A stretch of 63,977 nt of DNA, filler included, from Reticulomyxa filosa (GCA_000512085.1; 14 parts of 14 records of this genome joined end to end with filler, not necessarily neighbours in it); one strand, 5' to 3'; shown: positions 35,396 to 48,331, counted from the whole stretch's first letter. The notes: a model not told the origin generated them from the sequence alone. Program-made: numbers and translations.

Positions 35396-37350
35396 ATGCC
35401 TTTCCCAACACGTGTTATTCCAACTCGTACTGATATTGAAGATTGTCTTCATAACAATGCTGTCGCAAATATCTTGGTAAGGAGAGAGGACCATAAGATG
35501 TTCACTGAAAAAGCAAAACATATGATATTGAACAACAGGAAAAGGTGGCGGTCTCCAACATGATTGGACTGTTGACCCAAATGAATTTGTTGTCGAAACA
35601 TGCATCGGAAGTCTTTGGAGGTTTGTCTTATATTTAAAGAAAAAAGAGAGCATAAGGGGTGGAAAAAAGCAGTATAAAAAAATGGAAAATAGACGTTTTG
35701 AAAGAAGCCAACACAAATTTAGAACGAATTGACAAATGCAAAAAGCGACTGGTAACAATTGAAGAGCAAATCCCGGCAACAGAACGTCGCTTGTTAGAAA
35801 AGGCCCCATCATTTTCTATGATAACCCATACACTGGCAAAGAATGGCAAAGAAGTGATACTTTGCGAGTTTTGTTTTGTTTTGTTTTTTTTGTACGTACA
35901 CACAACGTATGATCAAGTTTCAGTTAAACAATAAAAAACAAAGGATTGAACATGTTTGATTCGGTTATAGGGTTTACTGTTCCGCCGAGAGCGTGCGTCA
36001 ATGGAAGTAAACCGTCGACGCGCCAATGCAGAAAAACCCCCAGATATAAGCTCAATGGATCGCTTTGCAGACGATGGGAAACCATGTATCAAAAAGTTCA
36101 CTGATGCAGACTTTTTCATGAACGAATGGTTGGAAGCAGAAAGGCTTCGAGGAGAAGAGCAAAAGCGCAAACGAAAAGAAAAAAAGAAAAACGAGTTGAG
36201 TTTTGTAAAAAAAAAAAGGGGGGAGGGGAAAGTTCAATAAGTATAAACAAATCCTTTTGTTTTTTGTGTACTTAAAAAAGAAACGTAAAAAAGAACAAAG
36301 AGTTGTAACGAAAAAAATCTTGAAAGTGCAAAAGAAAACATATAACACATTGGGAGCCGAGTTTACATCGAAAGATGCAGCGAAAACAGAAGAGTACATT
36401 GAGGTGAAGGGCTTCAACAATCTGGATGGGGCAGAATCCACCGAGGGCAACAATGAATATGAGCCGCGAACAAGCGCAGCCAGGACGACTCCTGATGGAG
36501 AAGCGCCTGCAACAAAGACAACCACCTCAAGTATGACACCCACTCCTGGTGCACCAAGCACTGGCGCACCAACCTCGTTCGCGGACACACAAGCATCCTC
36601 TAAGAAGCAAGAAGACGATGAAGGGGATGAATTGGACAAGATGCAAACCGAGATAGATGACAACGCTGAAGAGCACCAAAAAAACGAAACGGTTATATTC
36701 AATGAGCCACATCAAGCACAATCAAGCTATGCCATTTCCGTTACTGTGCCTACAGATGGTAAATAATACGTTAATGTATTGGAATATACACTTTTTTTTT
36801 ATGTATTCATGTTGCAGCAACAAACCAACCAACAAACAAATGATATGTGGCCTTTAAAACAGTTCCGATTCAACAATCACGTCCAGCAATCCCAGTGTCG
36901 TCTTATGATGCCATTCCTCAGAACATGGAGGAAGACGACCAACGAGAAATAATGACCCCAGAAATGATGATTTATCGATCCAGACAGCAAGCCGAGGAAC
37001 GCATGGCGAGAGAAGAAGAAGAAAGAAAGAAATCTGCAGAAAAACAAAAGGCGAACAATTTGATGCCAATTAAAGGAACAGGACTGTTGGCTCAAATCCG
37101 TGATGTCCAAAGTCGTGGAAACTTAAAAAAAGTTGAACAGGCCGAACGTGTGGTTGCTCAAGATCAAAGAACTATGTTGTTGGATTCCATCAAATCCAAG
37201 CAAAAGTTAAAACATGTGGAGTCCAATCCTGCCCCCAAAGAGGAACCCAAAAAAGAAGAAGGAGGTATTTTTGAGGTGTTGAAACGAAGAAAGTTTATGG
37301 AAGAGTCAGAGGAGAGCTCAGGATCTGAATGGGGAAGTGAGTCAGATTAA
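35396..37350 (+). CDS. WAVE: SCAR/WAVE actin nucleation-promoting factor (WHD, basic region, two WH2, C, A), about 6 exons
   Basis: MPFPTR; EKVAVSNMIGLLTQMNLLSKHASEVFG|DVLKEA; PPDISSMDRFADDGKPCIKKFTDADFFMNEW; WH2s LLAQIR...LKKV and LLDSIK...LKHV; IFEVLKRRK; acidic EESSGSEW. One T is missing at 35812-35815. Confidence 0.9.
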
Positions 37351-37667
37351 ATTGTTTGTAAGTGCTTTGTATAGTTATCTGGATCTTGTGTTGTAAATGA
37401 AAATTTGCATATCACCATTTCCTCCCCCCTTCGAAAGACCTTGTGTTTCAAATTTTTTTTTCCCCATAATACTGGAATTTCTGACAAAAACCCAAAGTTG
37501 TTTTGGTAATGAAAATGTATAAAGAGCGTTACATTTTCTTGTATTTTCTTTTAAAAATATCTCAAGAAAGAAGATCCAAAAAATCAAATTCTCTCTTTGT
37601 TTTGTTTTGACACATGAAAACGAAAAAATGATTTGCGTTCATCAATGTACAATTTGGGCAGAAGGAC

Positions 37668-38732
37668 TTACGTTGAGATTTGTTTTTCCGCGTTTGAGCG
37701 AGCCTTTTCGTTTTGAAGTGTCTGGTACTGAGCTTTTAGAGATTCTAATTTTTCCTTCAGCATTTGTTTATCATTCCTCTTCTTGATCAGCTGACCCCTG
37801 TGAAAAATTGTAAAAATAATTGTTGGAGTGTATAGACTCTAAAACAAGATAAACAAATAAATAACTTTAGACGCTTGTACTTCTATTCAAATGCACGCAA
37901 AAATCGTTGACATTTAATTGTATTTATTTATTCGTTTTCTCGATATTGAAAATTTATCAAATAACCACACCTTATTCAATTGAGTGTATTCTTGTTTTAA
38001 AGATTCATAATTTGGCCAAGTTTTTTTTTCAATATCTTTTTTTGGATGATCTTTGTGTTTGTGATGTTTGTTATCACTGGAATGGTGTTCGTCATATTCT
38101 TTGTCTCGGCTGTGTTTCTTTGGAATCGAATGCTCTGATCCCATGTTTGGACTTTTATCACTTGCCGAGAATGAATCATTGTCATGTTGCTGAAGTGTCT
38201 CCTGTTCGTGTGCTAATTCTTTCAGCACAAACGATTCATCACTTTTTGCGCTTGCACTTACGCTCTGTTATTTAATATCAAAAGGATGAGCAATGAAGAG
38301 AGCAAAGAGAAGTTACGAAAAAACCATTATTTGGAAATTTTTTAATTTTTTTCTTCCTCTTTTTTTTGAAGGTCATTTTTATATTCATACAATCGTAGTG
38401 CTTGCCATTTTGTTCATTAAATTTGGATCTGGTGTCCCTTCTTCTTCATCTGATGCTTCTCGTTTAATTACATTATCCAATGGTTCCATTTTCACAGGCG
38501 TATCAAAACTTTGCTCCATGTGAGATAGGAAATTCGTTGGTTTGTTGATGTAATTTTCATCTTTTTTTTCGTCATGTTAAACATCTTGCTTTTTTTTTTT
38601 CTCCTCTCCATCTTTGTTTGTAGTTTAACTGTGTTCTTCCGAATTTAGCCGTCTTCTCTTTAAATTGGGCTCAAATGTATGGTCAATTGATACATTTTCC
38701 TCTTTTATCGCGTTCATCGACTCAATATACAT
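37668..38732 (-). CDS. Hypothetical protein with an NLS-like KRRR and a C-terminal coiled coil, 5 exons
   Basis: Phase-consistent GT-AG model MYIESMNAIKEE...KRRRLNSEEH|...|SVSAS...QLNK|KYKRLK|GQLIKKR...QIST-stop, including a 17-nt exon at 37882-37866. Confidence 0.6.
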
Positions 38733-39033
38733 TATTCATAAAAGATAATTTTAAAACAATCAAAGCGACCCTTTGACTTTAAAAGAAAGATACAAACAAA
38801 AACATTACAAGCACAAGCCTGAATTTAGCTTTTGATAGCTGTTAATTTTTAATTTTGATGCTACTTACCCGTTATATTAGTTTGCATTTGTTACCCAATT
38901 TTGCTTAAATGCGTGTGTCATATGAGTCCTGATAAAGTGCATATATCCTATCCCGTTGTATTTTTGATAAAAATTAGTGCTGACAAGAATAAAAATCGCC
39001 CGCCAAAAGGAAGACGCACTTGAAAAATTTATC

Positions 39034-41274
39034 ATGATGTCTAAATGGATTTTGCACAAGTGTGCAGGACATGTGGCATTTCATAGTAATTTCTCTCATG
39101 TTGGTATGTGCAGAGAATACGTTCGATATTTGTTTGCAACAAGATGGTGTTCACAAACTCCTTTTTCTCGCGTTGACAAGGAGTCAAGCATTAGTGCACA
39201 TTTAGATCCTGATTATTCTCCACTAGATTTAACACGTCGCCCCCGAAAATCAACTGTAAATGTAAAGAAAACAAAAAAAGGAAATCAAGAAATAATAAGA
39301 ATACCCGCACCAAAAGGAAATTTATGGGAAAAGTCTCGAAGTCTTCGTAAAAAAATACTCGAAAAGAAGCAAAAAGAAATGGCCACAATTTCACAAGAAC
39401 CAACGTCGGAAATAACACGTAAACGAGTATTTTCGCCAGGAGAAAGATGCCAAGGATGTGGAATTATGCTACAGAATGAGAACGAAAGTCTCCCAGGCTA
39501 CGTAACGCCAATAGGCGGAGCGAAAACAACGAGTGACAATAGTGCCACGAAACCTCGAGAAATTTCGCGAGTAATTTCTTCGTTCTCGAGCAAACCAAAT
39601 TCATATAAATATCAAATAAAACAAGAAAGCAACGAAGAAAGCGCGTCAAATGTGTATATTCCAGACCATCAAAAGTTAGTCCTAATGGACTCAGGAATTA
39701 TGGACCCTTTGCAAACAAATTTAACTGACGAACAATTACAGCAAATACGCCATGAGAACGAACAGTCATTACCAACCATTGACACACCAATTCAGAAAAC
39801 AACAACAACAAAAAACATATCTTTTTTTTTTTTTGAGAGCTTAACCATTTCATAGTATACTAAAAAAAAAAATAAAATAAAAAAATAAAAAGCAGATGCT
39901 CCCAAAACTGAAAAAGGAACGAGCGAGGGCACAACAAAAAAATTGATTTTGGAGGGAAGCATATGTTCTCGATGCTATCAAATTGAAATGTATGGTCAAA
40001 TAAGAAATGAAAAAACATTTGGATCGAAAGCACTCTTGCCCGATGACTTGAAAGAATTATTACGTAACAAAATTTGGAACCCGAAACAATTGGCCAAAAA
40101 AAAGCATGGCATTATCAAAGTAATCGATATTATGGATTTTCAAGGCTCTTTTATTTCAAATTTTCGGAGTATGTATGCGCGACAAGGAACACCAAATTCT
40201 TCAAATTTCAACTCAAACGCGCAACGCCGTGTTCCATTGGTGATAGCACTTAACAAATGTGACTTGCTAATAGCAAACGCGCGTAAGCAAATTTCGAATC
40301 AAATGATCGCTGACTGGGCAATGCATGAATGCTTGCGATATGGAGTCAAGCCAGACGCAATTGTTTGCATTAGTGCTAAGAAAGGTGAAAATTGTAAACA
40401 ATTATTGGAAACGATGATGAGATTATTGCCAATTGAAACAAGTGACCGCGTCATGTCCTATTCTTATGAAAGGTATCGAGAGATCTACGTGATTGGAAAA
40501 GCAAGTGTTGGAAAATCAACTTTGCTCAATCACTTACAGCAACTTAATTTAATTTCCAGTGGACGCGAACGTAAATTGACAACTTCTTTACTTCCAGGTA
40601 CTACTTTGAATGTCATCCCATTCACAGTGCAAGGTTACGGACGCACACGATTATTTGATACTCCGGGTGTCATTCAAGACTCGGACAATTGCTTGATTCA
40701 AAAATTCACAGTAGAGGAATTAAAGATGGTCTCTCATAAGAAAGAGGTTAAACCGGTGACATATCGTATTGGCAAGGGGCAAAGTATGATCATTGGCTCT
40801 TTGATTGAGTTGCGTATCATGGATGGCTCCAATTATTTTGTCACATTGTTTGCTGCGCCTCAAGTCACGTGTCATATTTGTAAATGGACAAAAACTCAGT
40901 CACAAAAAGATGTCGCTGATGCTAGTGCTGATGACAACGACAATGGTAATGTTGCCATGAGTCAGGTCAATCAGTTATTGTTGAAACATGGAGGAAGACT
41001 ATTCCGACCTGTTGCAGAAAGGTCCAGGGTTCGTGAGTTTTGGCCACTCGAATTTAAAAAAGAATGGACTTTTGATGGCCTTGGTTGGCAATATCCGGTT
41101 TGTGATATTGTGTTCCCAGGAATTGGATGGGTGTCATTGGCAGGCTCCAAATCAATAACGGTTCAAGTACACGGTCCGGCCAACTATAAAGTTGGTGTCA
41201 GGAAACCTTTGTTGCCTCATGGCTTTAAAAAAAATGTACGCACGTTTTATGGACCATCAAGTAAACGTCACTGA
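39034..41274 (+). CDS. NOA1: NOA1/YqeH-family circularly permuted GTPase (probably mitochondrial)
   Basis: Split Zn finger CQGC...CSRC, DIMDF, and GTPase motifs in permuted order: G4 NKCD, G5 ISAKKG, G1 GKASVGKST, G2 PGTT, G3 DTPG. DIVFPGIGWVS near the C-terminus. One intron at about 39818-39892. Confidence 0.92.
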
Positions 41275-41678
41275 CAAATTTACCTTTTTTAATGCATTAT
41301 ATTTAAGATTGCACACTTCATTAATTTTTTTCAAAGCAATGAAAAAATATAAAAAGCGACCGGCCATTCTTCGTAAGATAGTCAATAAACTGATTTTTTA
41401 AACATTTTCTTCATTCAAATTTTTTTCTGTATTACAAGCTTATTTGCAAAGGATTTAAATTTTAGATTTAGTTTTTTGCATATAACGAAATTATCCGCAT
41501 TTCAAAAATTTGTTACTATGAAATTATTTCTTTCAAAACAATTTTGAGTTCCTTCTTGCATTTCACACTAAAAAACTGTTCGAAAAATGGATCCACTTAT
41601 TTTGAGCAAGAAAATTTTAAAAAACAAAAAGATACTTATTGGGAAAGCCGACACTAAAAATAAACCAAAAAAACGCGA

Positions 41679-43508
41679 TCATTGAGTACTATTATTCTTG
41701 TTGTTAACGTCCTTGGCATTGTAAAAAGGATTCGATGGTTGTTGTCCGTAATAGGATGGATATGCGCCGTAAGGTATTTGCGATGGATTTTGTTGAGATG
41801 GTGTCCCTTGCATTGGTTGCTGTGGTTGCCCTGTAAAATGTTCAAAAAAGATCAGCAAGGTATACTTAAAAATCTATATACAAGTACATATTAAGGACAC
41901 AATTAACCTTGATAATACTGAGGTGGATAATGCCATTGCTGCCAAGGTGGCTGTGAAGAATTTTGCGAAGGGGGTGCACTAGGATTAGGAGTTGTATTGG
42001 GATTAGACGGTGGTACCGTTTTGTTTTCAGGCACAGGATTTGTAGTAACTAGATTGTCATAGGCATTAATTCCTAATTTTGCAACATTTGTATGGAAATC
42101 TGCTAAGTGCAGATCCCTTTCCTTTTCGCGTGCCGTCGCAAAATCGTTAACGCTCTGCATACACACAAACAATTTCAATTATTTGTCTGATAGAGGTTTT
42201 TTTTTAAATTAATATGTTCCTTTTTTTTAAAAAAAAGGAGCGATCAAAAAAAAAAGAACACACACACCGATTGCAAAGGAGTGATATAATCCGTTATCAA
42301 ATCACAATAGAATCTCAGCCCATCTTTTAAATGTTGTTGACATTTGTTGAACTTTTCACAAGCTTGATTCAAGCTATGAATAAAGGTTTCCCTTTGCATC
42401 TGTGTAGGATTGGAGCCTTTCAATTTCACAAATTCCTGATTGATTTTAGTGATGTCATTGAGCAATTTTTCTTGCGCAGTATTCAAATCTTTGATTTTGT
42501 TTTCAATTTCATTCAAAGCCCCAGTTGTGGCAGCTCTCAAATCAAAATCACCTTTGTCTGCATTTTTCTCGTCACTCATTTCAGTTTCTTTCGCGACAAG
42601 CAAACTCGTAATGTCCATGATATCCGCTTGTCTGGAATATTCTTGTTTCAGTTCATCTCGCTGAGCAATGCAAGTACTTAATTGATCCAACAACTGCTTC
42701 AATTTTTCCGCTTGTTGATTTTCGTTTTGTTTGTCACACTTTGGCAAGGCATCACTCAATTGTCCCCGAGTTTTATCCAAGTCTTTGAACAGCTCTGCTT
42801 CATCGCGGATTTGTTTTTGCAATTTGGAGTTGCTTTGAGCAGCTTGATTTAAGAACGTGACGATTGTTTTTAAATCGTTGCGATACTTGCCATTCAATTG
42901 CGAAGAAGGTTTCACTTGCCATTTCGGCCCTATTTTGGCTTTGATTTCATTGAACACGCGTTCTTCTCTGTTTAATTCTTTTTCGATTTCCTCTTTCATT
43001 TTCCACGCTTCCACATTTGTCGATTCTATGCGCCCGAGTGCGGCCTGTGTTACACATACACAAGAAAGGGGGGAAGTAAAAAAAAAAAAAAAAAAAAAAA
43101 AAATAGAACCACAATACCACTTTATGTAATTTATTCATTAATATGACTTATTTTGCAGTCGATTGATTTAACTTCTAATTCTTGGAATCCACCCGATTTT
43201 TGAATTTCGGCGATTCGATTCCAAACTGAGTCGGGCAATCCCTCTTCCTGTTGTATGGATTCTAACGAAGCAGGAAGCCCCAAGGAAGCCAACACAGCCC
43301 TGGCCGAGTCCGTTTGTTCATTGACACTATCGTTGACGCGCTTCGCCTCGGCTCGCAAATTGGCACGCATTTCCTCGGCTTTCTTTAGCACCGCTTTGCT
43401 CACCAAGCTCTTGAATGGGTCTTCGATGTTGTTGCTCAGCGAAAAGGGGTTTTCCTTCACATTTTGCGTAGCTTCCACTGGCGTCATATCTCTTGGATTG
43501 GGTACAAC
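41679..43508 (-). CDS. ALIX/BRO1-family protein: V domain and Pro/Gln/Tyr-rich tail (5' truncated), 4 visible exons
   Basis: DPFKSLV, LASLGLPASLE, GGFQEL, GPKWQVKPS, HLKDGLRFYCDL, VNDFATAREKER, and a PPQYYQG/PYGAYPSYYG tail. Confidence 0.88.
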
Positions 43509-43619
43509 CTTTTTTTTTTNNNNNNNNNNNNNNNNNNNNNNNNNNNNNNNNNNNNNNNNNNNNTTAATTAATTAANNNNNNNNNNNNNNNNNNNNNNNNN
43601 NNNNNNNNNNNNNNNNNNN

Positions 43620-44276
43620 TATTATCCCAAAATAAAAGCATTTCAGTTTTTTTTTTGTTTTGATGATTCATTTTTTGTTTTTTTTCACAAAACAATGATA
43701 TCCTGATAATATGTTAAACGATAAAGCCTGATGCTTAACAAATTGATATTTATTCAAATTATAAACAGAAATATTCTTTGGATGATAAGCAATGAATAAT
43801 AAATGATTGTTGCTTCCACCAATCACTGCACGTACTCCTTCATAATCATCTTTTTTTCTTCCAATTTCAATAGAAACATGGAAATTGTCAGTCCAAGGAA
43901 TCCATTTATTGTATTGGATTATGTTTTCTTTTTTATTTTGTTCTGTATTGTCCCAAACACTTTTATATTTCATTACCAATACGTGTTTATTTGCTCCACC
44001 AAAAGATAACAAAGTGATTATATCCGAATTGTTGTTGTTTATGCGCTTCACTACACAATGTCCGACTAATCCGATTGAATCTGGGTAAGAACAAATCAAC
44101 TTGTATTGATTTTTAAGTGTATGGTATGAATAGCAATCGCGATTATTATAACCTCCACAAATAAGAATTTCGTTTTTGTGGCTCACACATTGAAATCTCT
44201 CAAAATGAGAAGGCAAAGAAGGCAAGGTTTGGAAAAGGGTTTCAGATTCTTCTAATTTGGTATCATTTAGAGTCAT
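43620..44276 (-). CDS. Kelch-like beta-propeller protein of an expanded lineage family (3' truncated; poly-A frameshift at about 43670-43690)
   Basis: FQTLPSLP...QCVSHKNEILICGGY...CYSYH, GHCVV, LLSFGG, RAVIGGSNNHLLFI and YHCFV. Continues EMLLFWDN in a shifted frame. Confidence 0.75.
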
Positions 44277-44536
44277 TCTAAATAAAAAGCCAAAGGTGAT
44301 TGAATATGATTTTATTCCTTGATTTTTTTTTTTGAATTTATAAAAATCCTTTTTCAAAAAAAACTTGTTGAATTGAATGCAATTTATTTACTAAAATTAA
44401 ATTTTACAAACTGATTTCTTTCGATATCTTTTCACAACATTTGCATGCCGTCCTTTCTATGTTTCACCACCTTTTCATAGATTTAATGGTTTCGTCATAG
44501 TCTCTTTGATTAGCAAAAGAAACTCCAAGATCTTTA

Positions 44537-44740
44537 TGCAATAGTGAGGAGACTAAGTGTAATATGAAAGGAAACTTAGTTCCGAAAAGTAATTTTAGGA
44601 AAAGGAAAGTAAGTTAACGAGAAAATTGCAACACAATGAAAGAAAACAACTAAAGAACTAAACAAAGTGAGTTGTGTTGTTAAGAAGGTTTAATCCACAG
44701 TTCCTTTATTTGAACTTGTATAATATGACTTTACCCTACA
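44537..44740 (-). mobile_element. Solo-LTR-like dispersed repeat, copy 1 (204 bp)
   Basis: TG...CA termini. Shares GAGACTAAG, AACTTAGTT, AAAGTGAGTTGTGTTGT and TGACTT...CCTACA with 46582-46796. Confidence 0.55.
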
Positions 44741-45524
44741 AAAGTAATAAAAACATAATTCATTACAAAGATGTACCATTTGCAAAAAGAAAAATAAAAT
44801 AAATATGTATTACTTGTCTTTATCCAATCTTCCTTTCCCGCTATAATTGGAATTTAAAAATTTGCAGAAACAGGTTGATACACTCAAGTTATGCAAAAAA
44901 TAATTAGAAAATGCATCAAACACACCAACTTGAAACAAGTGTTTATTAACGCTTGTCTAATTCATGAATATCCGTGCTTCTCCAAACACGAATAGGGCCA
45001 TAACACAAGCTCAAACCAGTTTTACTATCCTTTTTTTCTTTTTCAATGACACAAATGTAAGACATCTTATTCTACCATTACAACCTTGTGTTGTAAATCT
45101 TTTGAGTTTTGTTAGTCTTGATATTTATTATAGTGTTTATTTTTAGATCTATAATTTTTTGGATTTACTTTCTACAAAAGCGACAAAATAGCAATAGAGA
45201 ATTGTTTGTTTCATTTTGAATTTTTCAGAAGAAGCGTTAATCAAAATTTTCAAAATATCTACAAATCATATTTTTTAAATATAGTTTGCTTTTTTATTCC
45301 ATTTCCTAATTGTTTCAAAAATATCAATCTCTTTAACTTTTGAATTTTTAATTATTTGAAGAGTTTTTTGAACTTTTGTTGTTACAGTATGTTGCAAAGA
45401 AAACTGAACGCCTAAAACGATATCNNNNNNNNNNNNNNNNNNNNNNNNNNNNNNNNNNNNNNNNNNNNTTAATTAATTAANNNNNNNNNNNNNNNNNNNN
45501 NNNNNNNNNNNNNNNNNNNNNNNN

Positions 45525-45561
<37 letters not shown>

Positions 45562-46581
45562 TTTGTTGACCATATATTCTGTGTATGTCCATTTATTGTA
45601 ATATGCCTTTTCTTGATATTGGGCACGCGAGCTTTCCCAGACCAATTTTTTTTAAAGTATGTTTGTTTAAACTATGCCATTCTTCTGAAGTAATTTTTTT
45701 TTTTTTCTCACAACATTTAACTGGTAAATATTGGCACAATAGCTAATGCGCCAGAAAAAAGATTTAATTTACTTTTGTTTGTTTTTTATTATAGTTTTAC
45801 TGGTTGTTTGTTTGCTTAACTTGATCAAGCAAATCTTAAAACACACTAAAATATCCATTAAAATTTTCTATTAGAAACAATCTCCACTTTTAGGGATAAC
45901 GTTCCCTCCCAATTCTACTAAACCAAATAAAGATCTCGATTAAGTTTTTTTCATTTATTTAAAAAAATGTGTACCACGTGGTGAAGGAGTTTGGCTAGGG
46001 TGGCTTGTTTATGAAATTATTCACTTCGGGGTACTGAATTCTGTCAAAGCTACATTGATATTTGAAAACTTTTTAAAAATGATGGAGAAAAAGAAGTTAT
46101 TTCAATCGAATTTTGTTCTTCAATCCTTCGTCAACATCAATGCTTTTTTTAAGAAAAATGTGCAAGCAATAAAATTACAAGTCAAGTTTGTACATTTCGT
46201 CATGGCGGGACATATCATACAAAAGAAAGACAATGTTATTCTTGCTAACACCACAAAAGTAATTGTCAAATAATGTAAAAAAAAATTAAAACATCTTGAA
46301 TTAAAAGTAAAATCAAATATAAAGTGTAAATCCCATAAGCACTGCCATTACTACCACATACGTGATCGTCTTTCTTCATCTTGCTGTGACAAAAAAAAAT
46401 GCTAATTTTAATAAAATTAAAGAGATTTGAAAAAACAAACCACAATAAATTAATCCAACTAAAATAAAACAACTACAATTTATGTACTAAATGTAACTAT
46501 TACTTTATAGTTATGGAGTATAAAAAATTGTTTTTGCGTCTGTTGCTTTATTTGTTTGGATTTGTTTTAATCTTCGCGTTG

Positions 46582-46796
46582 TGTGAGCGTGAGTGAGACT
46601 AAGTTTAATACGAATGAACTTAGTTTAGAATACAAGTTTCAGTAAAAAGAAATAAATTAATAACAAATAATTACAACAAGTAAAGAAAAGAGTAAACCAA
46701 GAGAGAAAAGTGAGTTGTGTTGTGAAGAAAGTTTAGCCCACTGGGGCTCCAAGGTTCCCTTAGAACGTTGGCACTCATAATAATGACTTACCTACA
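46582..46796 (-). mobile_element. Solo-LTR-like dispersed repeat, copy 2 (about 215 bp)
   Basis: On the minus strand it begins TGTAGG and ends CACA, with ATTAAA near the 3' end. Imperfect 4-bp flanks GTTG/GTAG. Confidence 0.55.
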
Positions 46797-46822
46797 GTAG
46801 TTTTTGCTAGTATGTCTGCAGC

Positions 46823-47028
46823 TGTAGGAAGAGTGAGAGATAGCACCAAGTGTAATACGAAAGAAACTACTAAAGAACTTTCGAAAAGGAAAACAAAAGT
46901 AGTTAAATAATACAGAGATAAACAACTCACTGACAAAGAAATAAGAAAACAGAAAAGAAGACAGTGAAGATTGTTGAGGAAAAAAGTCCCCTCGTTTATA
47001 TGGAAAAGTTAGTTACTCACCACTATCA
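46823..47028 (-). mobile_element. Solo-LTR-like dispersed repeat, copy 3 (206 bp, more diverged)
   Basis: TG...CA termini. Shares AAGTGTAATA(C/T)GAAAG with copy 1. TATAAA lies on the minus strand at about 46995-47000. Confidence 0.45.
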
Positions 47029-47911
47029 TATTGTGTTTTGTTATACATCTATCGTTTTAGTATTTTACACTGATATTCTTGATTTGATAATTGTTTATTT
47101 AATAATATGTTATAAACACCTTTTTTTCAAATTTACAAAGATATAATTTTTTTTTGTACAATCAAGTGCTACATAATTTGCACATAAAATTTTTTTTCTA
47201 ATTAAGCAAAAATATAAGAAAACTAGCCAAAAGTAAATAATTTTTTTTATGGATTTAGGATTTTGTGCAAACAATAAAATTTTCAAAATTTGTTCAAATT
47301 TTTTAAAAATTTTATATAAGTTTTCTATGTAAAATTGCAAAATCTGTGTATATATTAAATTATGAAATTGGCTAAATACTTCAATATAATTATAAGCATA
47401 TAGTTGTATTTCAGACGAATCTTCTCCACAAATAATTGATAATTGATATCTAGTTTGAGTCCAGTTGGATATCAGTTCAGAAATAATATTATTCATTTAT
47501 AGCTTTAATTGTACTTATCCATTTACATTTTTGCCTTATTTTAAACTTACTATGCAAAGTTTTTAAATTAAAACAGGCCAAATTATTATTTTGAAAGAGC
47601 TGCATGTTTGCAATGCATCTTTCTTTCAAAAGACATGCGTACACCAATCCAATGTTACACATATCTTGATTTTGATATGTTAAAAAAATTTTAATGTGTT
47701 GTGACTTATGTGAAAATGCGTTCTGAGAATTTTTCAGCTTTCAATTTTAAAAAATTTAAAAATCCTTATAATCAAATAATTTGGTTTGTATAAACTAATA
47801 GCTATCAGAAAACTACCTGCTTTACAAATAGGCATCTCTTTTTGTCTTCAAAAAAAAGGGAGACTTTCTTTACTGTTTATTAATTGTTGAATCACTTGAT
47901 ATTTTAAAAGG

Positions 47912-48331
47912 ATGAATAATCATCGCGTTATGCAAGAGTATGATCCTTCGAAGGAGACTTTATTGGAAAAGTACGATCGCTCCTTTGAGGTATATAGCAA
48001 GCTCATGCAACGATCACTTGAGCAAAGATTTCAAGGATGGGTCAACCGAAAATGTGAATCAAAAATTTTAAAATATCAAGAATGCGTAAAGTTCAAATGG
48101 CCTTGGCAGATGAAACAATGTGACAGTACACTTGATGATGTTTCAAAATGTAGATTATCATACAATACAGCCGAAAAGCGCAGCAAATTTTTTGAACGAG
48201 AACGTGAATTGTTGAAAAATATGGATGAACAAGGAGAGTATTTGTTTGATTTTGAATTAACAGTTAACGAAGATATGAAAGAAAAAAAAGAGGGACGTAA
48301 AAACAAAATCGATTATGCAGATGACCTTTGA
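47912..48331 (+). CDS. Twin CX9C mitochondrial intermembrane-space protein, Cmc1/Cmc2-like
   Basis: C-ESKILKYQE-C-x11-C-DSTLDDVSK-C. Confidence 0.72.
   Translation: MNNHRVMQEYDPSKETLLEKYDRSFEVYSKLMQRSLEQRFQGWVNRKCESKILKYQECVKFKWPWQMKQCDSTLDDVSKCRLSYNTAEKRSKFFERERELLKNMDEQGEYLFDFELTVNEDMKEKKEGRKNKIDYADDL

Noticed and set aside
45965-46045. GC-richer island with the palindrome ACCACGTGGT as a possible ncRNA
   Set aside because: No recognisable snRNA, snoRNA or tRNA motifs, and no extended stem.
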